Of a DNA stretch of 37,072 nucleotides, positions 30,131-37,072 are shown in pieces. The translations under genes were made by a program, and so were the position numbers. Numbering within the stretch: the stretch's first letter is position 1; the number at the start of each line of letters is the position of its first letter. Source of the DNA: Hydrogenophaga sp. (lineage in GTDB: Bacteria; Pseudomonadota; Gammaproteobacteria; Burkholderiales; Burkholderiaceae_C); assembly GCA_047636095.1 (NCBI GenBank), contig JBLIJY010000001.1, positions 1-37,072 of the forward strand, read 5' to 3'. The notes below the pieces were generated by a model that did not search any database, was not told where the DNA came from, and saw only the letters and a list, made by a program, of their open reading frames with translations.

Positions 30131-30256
30131 CTGCAACATACGGTTTGGCCATGGTGTCGACTGGAACGGCTTTGACAACCACGCGCGGCAGCCTCATCGG
30201 AGCGTGCGGCACCGACTCAATGCGACAATTCTCGGGTTTTTCTCCGCGTTTTCAAT

Positions 30257-30850
30257 ATGACTCAGACCGCTCCACCTTCTCCCGCGCCCACCGCGGAAGT
30301 CAACCCACTTAAGGCGCCGTCGCTGACCCGACGCATAGCCTGTTGGCTGTATGAAGGCACCCTCTTGTTCGGCGTCATTTTTGGAACCGGGCTCTTTTTT
30401 TACGGGCTGCTGTTCGCGATCGGTCACCTTGCCCCTTCGCTCTTGCCTTTGCGAGACGCGTTCAACAACCGGTTCGCACTGCAAGCCTTTGTCTTTCTCC
30501 TGCTGGCCTTTTATTTCACCTGGTTCTGGGCCAAGGGCCAGACGCTTGCGTTGAAGACCTGGAGCATCCGGGTGGTCGATGCCCAAGGCCAACAGCTCAC
30601 CCGCGGGCGCGCCTTCTGGCGCTTTCTGCTGTGCTGGCTGTGGCTCCTGCCGCCCTTGGGCGCTGGTGCTTACTTCAGTCTGCCGGTGGGGGAGCTTGCG
30701 GTGATTCTGGTCGGCTGGATCGTGGTGTGGGCCCTGCTGTCCCTGTTTCACACCCAGCGCCAGTTTCTTCACGATGCGCTGGCCGGTACCCGGTTGGTTC
30801 ATTTCAAACCCGTCGAAGACGTCAGCAAGCCCAGGCGCTGGTGGCACTGA
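30257..30850 (+). CDS. RDD family membrane protein
   Basis: PSLTRRIACWLYE, GQTLALKTWSIRVV and QFLHDALAGTRLV. Confidence 0.9.
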   Translation: MTQTAPPSPAPTAEVNPLKAPSLTRRIACWLYEGTLLFGVIFGTGLFFYGLLFAIGHLAPSLLPLRDAFNNRFALQAFVFLLLAFYFTWFWAKGQTLALKTWSIRVVDAQGQQLTRGRAFWRFLLCWLWLLPPLGAGAYFSLPVGELAVILVGWIVVWALLSLFHTQRQFLHDALAGTRLVHFKPVEDVSKPRRWWH

Positions 30851-30877
30851 AACCCCTCGTCACGAGCCCCTGAACCG

Positions 30878-31276
30878 ATGACACCCACACCTGGCCGCGA
30901 AGCGGTGAACGCGCAAAAACTGCGTACAGGGCTGGGGCGCATGCGCCACGCCTTTGGCTATTCCCTGGCGGGCTTGCGTGCTGGCTGGGCCGAAACCGCT
31001 TTTCGTCAAGAGGCGCTTGCCGCGCTGGTGATGCTGCCAACGGCTTTCTGGCTCGGCCAGAGCTGGGTAGAAGTGGCGCTGCTGGCGGGCACGGTGCTGC
31101 TGGTGATGGTGGTGGAGTTGCTAAACACCAGCATTGAGGCGGCCATTGATCGCATCGGGCCCGAATGGCACGAACTGTCCAAACGCTCCAAAGACATGGG
31201 CAGCGCCGCTGTGCTGCTCAGTCTGCTGCTGTGCGCTGGCACTTGGTTGGCCGCCGTGTGGACGCGGTTTTCCTGA
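30878..31276 (+). CDS. dgkA: Diacylglycerol kinase
   Basis: YSLAGL, ETAFRQE, VELLNTSIEAAIDRI and SKDMGSAAV. Confidence 0.94.
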   Translation: MTPTPGREAVNAQKLRTGLGRMRHAFGYSLAGLRAGWAETAFRQEALAALVMLPTAFWLGQSWVEVALLAGTVLLVMVVELLNTSIEAAIDRIGPEWHELSKRSKDMGSAAVLLSLLLCAGTWLAAVWTRFS

Positions 31277-31286
31277 GCCCCGCGAC

Positions 31287-31874
31287 ATGAAAAACCCCGC
31301 TTTTTCCCTTTGCGTCTACTGCGGCTCGCGGCCCGGCGTCGATCCCGCGTTTATGGCGCTGGCGGAACAGGTGGGTCGGTGGATTGGCCAGCACCAGGGG
31401 CAACTGGTCTACGGGGGCGGGCGCAGTGGCCTGATGGGCTGTGTGGCACAGGCCACGCTGGCCGCTGGCGGACGCGTGGTGGGTGTGATCCCGAAAGCGC
31501 TGGTGGAGCGGGAATTCGCCAACCACGACTGCACCGAACTGCATGTGGTGGACAACATGCACGACCGAAAACGCCTGATGGCCGAGCGGGCTGACGCTTT
31601 TCTGGCGCTCCCTGGTGGCATTGGCACCTTCGAAGAATTTTTTGAAGTCTGGACCTGGCGCCAGCTCGGCTACCACGACAAGCCGATCGGCCTGCTCAAT
31701 GCATCGGGTTACTACGACGGCCTGCTGACTTTCCTCAGGCACACATCAGCGCAGGGGTTTGTGAGCCCGTGGCAAATGGAACTCATTTTCGAGGGGAGTG
31801 ACCTGTCGCGGCTTTTGCCGACGCTGATCCAGTCAGCCGGGTTCGCACCCGATGCCCAGTTAAAAGCGATCTGA
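31287..31874 (+). CDS. LOG family nucleotide phosphoribohydrolase (TIGR00730)
   Basis: CVYCGS, LVYGGG..GLMG, MHDRK and PGGIGTFEE. Start taken at ATG 31287. Confidence 0.92.
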   Translation: MKNPAFSLCVYCGSRPGVDPAFMALAEQVGRWIGQHQGQLVYGGGRSGLMGCVAQATLAAGGRVVGVIPKALVEREFANHDCTELHVVDNMHDRKRLMAERADAFLALPGGIGTFEEFFEVWTWRQLGYHDKPIGLLNASGYYDGLLTFLRHTSAQGFVSPWQMELIFEGSDLSRLLPTLIQSAGFAPDAQLKAI

Positions 31875-31883
31875 GACTGCGGC

Positions 31884-33348
<1,465 letters not shown>

Positions 33349-33357
33349 GGCATTGCC

Positions 33358-35052
33358 TCAAGCCCGGTATTTGCTGGTGATCGGGTAGCGCCAGTCTTTG
33401 CCAAAGCTGCGGTGCGTGACACGAATACCCACCGGCGCCTGGCGGCGTTTGTACTCGTTGATGCGGATCAGGCGCACCACCTGGTCCACATCGGCGGCAC
33501 TGAAGCCGTCTTGCACGATGCTCGCTGGGCTCTGGTCGTTTTCCATGTAGCGCTCGATGATGGCGTCCAGCACCTCATAGGGCGGCAGGCTGTCCTGATC
33601 GGTCTGGTCGGCGCGCAGTTCGGCGCTGGGCGCTCGGGTGATGATGCGCTCGGGAATCGGGTTGGTGCCGGTGCGGTACGGATCGTGAGCATTGCGCCAG
33701 CGCGCCAGGCGAAACACCATCGTCTTCACCACGTCTTTGATCACCGCGAAGCCACCGGCCATGTCGCCGTACAGGGTGCAATACCCGGTGGCCAGCTCGC
33801 TCTTGTTGCCCGTGGTCAGCACGATGCCGCCGAACTTGTTCGACAACGCCATGAGCAGCGTGCCGCGGATGCGCGCCTGCAGATTTTCTTCGGCTGTGTC
33901 CTCGGGCAGGTCAGAAAAATCCCCCGCCAGTGCGGACTTGAGCGCTTCAAAGGTTGGGCTGATGGCGATCACGTCGTAGCGCACGCCCAGACGGGCCGCC
34001 ATGTCGCGCGCATCGATGCTGGAGATGTCTGCCGTGTAGGGCGAGGGCATCATCACCGTGCGTACCCGGTCTTTGCCCAGCGCATCGACCGCGATCGCCA
34101 GCACCAGCGCCGAATCGATGCCGCCTGAGAGGCCCAGCAGAGCGCCGGGAAAGCCATTTTTGCCGATGTAGTCGCGCACCCCGAGCACCAGCGCGTGCCA
34201 CAGGTCGGCCTCTTCGCTGTGTCCGCGGTCGATAGGGCCTTCCATCTGCCAGCCATCGGGCGATGGCAACAGGACAATGTCGAACAACGCCTCTTCAAAA
34301 CTCACCGCGCGGGCAGACAAATTGCCTTGTGCATCCAGCGCAAACGAACGGCCTTCGAACACGATCTCGTCCTGCCCGCCCACGAGATGGGCATAGACCA
34401 GCGGCAGGCCCACCGCCAGCGCCCGCCGGCGCATGGTCTGCTCGCGCTCGTTGCCCTTGCCGCCATGAAAGGGCGAGGCGTTGATGACCACCAGCAGTTC
34501 AGCGCCCGCTGCCTTCGCCTGCGCCGCTGGCGCGTCAAACCAGGCGTCTTCACAGATCAGCAGGCCGCAGCGCATCTGCTTACCGTCTGCATCCGTGATG
34601 TCGAACACCCCCACGCCTTGCCCCGGCACGAAATAGCGCCGTTCGTCAAACACCTGGTAGTTGGGCAGCTCGCGCTTGGCATAGGTGTGCACCACCCGGC
34701 CCTCGCAAAGCACACTGGCTGCGTTGTAAAGACCCGCCATCGACACACTGCGATCGCGCAAGCCGGGTGTCAGGCTCGATACCCGCACCGGATGACCCAC
34801 CACCAGGCTCAGGCCCTTTAACGCCGCCGTCGCTTGGGCCACGGCTTTCAAGGCATCATCACAGGCATCGATGAACGCAGGTCGCAGAAACAGGTCTTCG
34901 GCCGCGTAGCCACACAGCGCGAGTTCAGGTGTCAGCAACAAGCGCACGCCTCGACTGTGTGCCTGCTGAGCCGCATCGATGATTTTTCGGGCATTGCCCG
35001 CCATATCGCCCACCACAAAATTGAGCTGGGCAACGCAGATTGGGATGGTCAT
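33358..35052 (-). CDS. nadE: Glutamine-dependent NAD+ synthetase
   Basis: Nitrilase domain (TPELAL, KRELPNY, ICED) plus synthetase domain (GLSGGIDS, ENLQARIR, TTGNKSE, APSAELR). Confidence 0.96.
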   Translation of the reverse strand: MTIPICVAQLNFVVGDMAGNARKIIDAAQQAHSRGVRLLLTPELALCGYAAEDLFLRPAFIDACDDALKAVAQATAALKGLSLVVGHPVRVSSLTPGLRDRSVSMAGLYNAASVLCEGRVVHTYAKRELPNYQVFDERRYFVPGQGVGVFDITDADGKQMRCGLLICEDAWFDAPAAQAKAAGAELLVVINASPFHGGKGNEREQTMRRRALAVGLPLVYAHLVGGQDEIVFEGRSFALDAQGNLSARAVSFEEALFDIVLLPSPDGWQMEGPIDRGHSEEADLWHALVLGVRDYIGKNGFPGALLGLSGGIDSALVLAIAVDALGKDRVRTVMMPSPYTADISSIDARDMAARLGVRYDVIAISPTFEALKSALAGDFSDLPEDTAEENLQARIRGTLLMALSNKFGGIVLTTGNKSELATGYCTLYGDMAGGFAVIKDVVKTMVFRLARWRNAHDPYRTGTNPIPERIITRAPSAELRADQTDQDSLPPYEVLDAIIERYMENDQSPASIVQDGFSAADVDQVVRLIRINEYKRRQAPVGIRVTHRSFGKDWRYPITSKYRA

Positions 35053-35132
35053 GGGGATTGAAAAAGGGACTGGACTGACAAGGAACGCCTGTGCAAAGAC
35101 GGCTGCGAAACAGCAAACAGCAGGGTTCTGAG

Positions 35133-36434
35133 ATGGCCGCTGGAGTTTATGTCACACGGGTTTTTTCTTCGCCGGCGCAGGTCAATGCGCAGGCTTGGCA
35201 AGCGTTGCTGGCCCAGGAGCCCGATGCCAGCCCTTTTTTGCAACACGCCTACCTGAGTGCGCTGCACGAGACTGGCTGCGCGCAACCGCCAGCTGGGTGG
35301 CAGCCCCAGTACCTCACGCTGTGGCGTGACGGGACCCTGCACGCTGCCTGTCCGCTGTACCTGAAGAACCATTCCTATGGTGAGTACGTGTTCGACTGGG
35401 CCTGGGCCAACGCCTATGCGCAGCACGGTCTGGACTACTACCCGAAGGCGGTGGTGGCGGTGCCATTCACACCGGTGCCCGGTGCGCGGTTGCTGGCGCT
35501 CGATCAGCAGGCTCGGGCAGCGTTGGCCCAAGCGCTGATCGAGCATACGCGGGCTGAAGGCCTGTCGTCGCTGCACCTGCTGTTTGTCCAGCCGCAAGAC
35601 GTGGCTGCCTGCGAGCAGGCCGGCATGATGCTGCGGTACACCGTGCAGTTTCACTGGACGAATATCGCCCCCACGCTCCCCGCTGCGCGAGGTGCGCTGC
35701 CCCCCGAGGGAGCTGGCCCCGCCTTGGGGCGGCCCGGCGGCGAGGCCGAGGCCCCCACGCTTGGCGCTGACGCGTCTGCGCTGCCACCCAAGGGGACGGG
35801 CTTCACCGACTTCGAACATTTCCTCGCCAGCCTGGTGCAGGAGAAGCGCAAAAAAATCCGCCAGGAGCGGCGCAAGGTGGCCGAGGCCGGCGTGGTGTTT
35901 CGACACACTGAAGGCGCTGAGATTTCAGAGACCGATTGGGACTTTTTCTACCGCTGCTACGAGCGCACCTATCGGGAACACGGCAACGCGCCCTACCTGA
36001 ACCGCGCGTTCTTCCAGCGCATGGCAACCGACATGCCGCAGAACTGGCTGATGTTCATCGGCGAGCGCGAAGGGCGCCCAATCGCCTGCAGCCTGATCGC
36101 TCTGGACGGCGCTCGCGAGGTGGCGTATGGCCGCTACTGGGGGGCGCTGGAGCGGGTGGACTGCCTGCATTTCGAAGCTTGCTACTACCAGCCGCTGGCG
36201 TGGTGCATCGCCAACGGCATCTTGCGTTTTGAGGGCGGCGCTCAGGGTGAGCAAAAAATGGCGCGTGCGCTGTTGCCGGTGAAGACCACCAGCGCCCACT
36301 GGCTCGCACACCCGTCTTTTGCCGACGCGGTGGGGCGGTTTCTGGAACGCGAGGACGAGGGCATTGGCAACTACCTCTCTCACCTGAACAGCCGCAGTCC
36401 GCTCAAAGCACCCCGCCCAGATGGGCTCGCCTGA
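35133..36434 (+). CDS. FemAB-like GNAT family protein (DUF482 type) carrying an in-frame insertion
   Basis: HSYGEYVFDWAWA, YYPK, PFTPVPG, VQFHW, YGRYWG, LHFEACYYQ and FEGGAQGEQKMAR. Start taken at ATG 35133. Confidence 0.9.
   Translation: MAAGVYVTRVFSSPAQVNAQAWQALLAQEPDASPFLQHAYLSALHETGCAQPPAGWQPQYLTLWRDGTLHAACPLYLKNHSYGEYVFDWAWANAYAQHGLDYYPKAVVAVPFTPVPGARLLALDQQARAALAQALIEHTRAEGLSSLHLLFVQPQDVAACEQAGMMLRYTVQFHWTNIAPTLPAARGALPPEGAGPALGRPGGEAEAPTLGADASALPPKGTGFTDFEHFLASLVQEKRKKIRQERRKVAEAGVVFRHTEGAEISETDWDFFYRCYERTYREHGNAPYLNRAFFQRMATDMPQNWLMFIGEREGRPIACSLIALDGAREVAYGRYWGALERVDCLHFEACYYQPLAWCIANGILRFEGGAQGEQKMARALLPVKTTSAHWLAHPSFADAVGRFLEREDEGIGNYLSHLNSRSPLKAPRPDGLA
35667..35801 (+). repeat. 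Tandem GC-rich palindromic repeat (84-bp unit plus 51-bp partial copy) inside the GNAT reading frame
   Basis: Both copies begin gcccccacgct (35667 and 35751) and align without gaps over 51 bp: APTLPAARGALPPEGAG versus APTLGADASALPPKGTG. Confidence 0.85.
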
Positions 36435-36501
36435 GCCATCTTGCCCAGCGCAGTGGCCATGCCAATGCCCACCGCCCGCCGATGGGTAAACTCCTCGCAA
36501 C

Positions 36502-36822
36502 ATGAGCGAAACAGACGCCTTTTTTACCCAAACCATCGTCGGTGCACCGATGTCGGTGTTGCTGGGGTGCCAGATGCAGTCAGCGAGCGACCGTGCGGGC
36601 GAAGGTTTGCAGATCGACCTGGCATCAGGAGCAGACATGCTCAGCCCCAGCTGGCGGTCATGGATCATCGCCACCGAAGCGTGCGCGCCGGTGGGGATTC
36701 CGCGCATGCGCCCCACCCGCTGGCGGCGCTGGCTGGAACGCTACGCGATCCTGATCGCCGCCACTGGGCTGCTGAGCTGGCTGGCCACAGCGGTCTATTG
36801 GGGCCTGAACTCGTGGCGGTGA
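36502..36822 (+). CDS. Hypothetical protein with a single C-terminal transmembrane helix
   Basis: 106-aa ORF filling the gap; basic stretch RMRPTRWRRW then YAILIAATGLLSWLATAVYWGL; its stop overlaps the next start (GTGA). Confidence 0.55.
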   Translation: MSETDAFFTQTIVGAPMSVLLGCQMQSASDRAGEGLQIDLASGADMLSPSWRSWIIATEACAPVGIPRMRPTRWRRWLERYAILIAATGLLSWLATAVYWGLNSWR

Positions 36823-37072
36823 CAACACCACCCCAGGACACCCTCACCATCGACCCGATTGCGATGAATGTGGTCAACCGTGTGGCGGCAGGCTCGGTGC
36901 TCAGCGGCGAACTGACTTTCGAGGGCGGACTGCTGGTACAGGGCGAAGTGTCTGGGCATCTGCGGGTCAACGGCCGCCTGATCGTTTGGACCGGTGGCGT
37001 GGTTCGAGGCCAGGTGGAGGTGAGCGGTGATTTCTACTTGTTCGGCCACCTGGGCGATCCTGGCGCCGATGT
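36819..37072 (+). CDS. Bactofilin (polymer-forming cytoskeletal protein), 3' partial
   Basis: Manual translation from GTG 36819 is open to the window end: MTTPPQDTLTIDPIAMNVVNRVAAGSVLSGELTFEGGLLVQGEVSGHLRVNGRLIVWTGGVVRGQVEVSGDFYLFG..., with the Gly/Val beta-helix periodicity of bactofilins. Confidence 0.8.
   Translation, partial: MTTPPQDTLTIDPIAMNVVNRVAAGSVLSGELTFEGGLLVQGEVSGHLRVNGRLIVWTGGVVRGQVEVSGDFYLFGHLGDPGAD

Noticed and set aside
35049-35906. 285-aa minus-strand ORF overlapping the nadE start
   Set aside because: It is antisense to the GNAT gene, which carries all the family motifs.

Overview
High-GC betaproteobacterial chromosome segment, most likely Comamonadaceae (inferred from gene content and order). 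It is almost all housekeeping genes. Left to right: the 3' end of an IS4-family (IS50/Tn5-like) element; a stand-alone PBP1A; a minus-strand etfB-etfA-acyl-CoA dehydrogenase-nitronate monooxygenase cluster; a divergent dctPQM TRAP transporter; HDAC-enoyl-CoA hydratase-mscS; moxR-DUF58-transglutaminase-mltB-vanZ-aat-bpt-IclR; pbpG; leuA with an unannotated Leu-rich leader peptide; pssA; ilvB-ilvN-ilvC; RDD-dgkA-LOG; glnB; a class 3 asparaginase; nadE; a FemAB-like GNAT; a small membrane protein; and a partial bactofilin gene missed by the ORF track. I found no rRNA, tRNA or CRISPR array, and no new multi-gene system that I can demonstrate. The most interesting signals are small-scale: (i) a tandem GC-rich palindromic repeat inserted in frame in the GNAT gene; (ii) an apparently leaderless leuA attenuator peptide followed by two mutually exclusive hairpins; (iii) a symmetric IHF site / 15-bp inverted repeat / IHF site unit upstream of pbpG; (iv) two tandem etfB promoters, each with a different operator at +1, plus a third palindrome before dctP; (v) the IS4 end abutting half of a REP- or IS200/IS605-type hairpin; (vi) a probable frameshift that makes mscS overlap dctM by 117 bp. 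All calls are by eye and from recalled family motifs; no searches were run.
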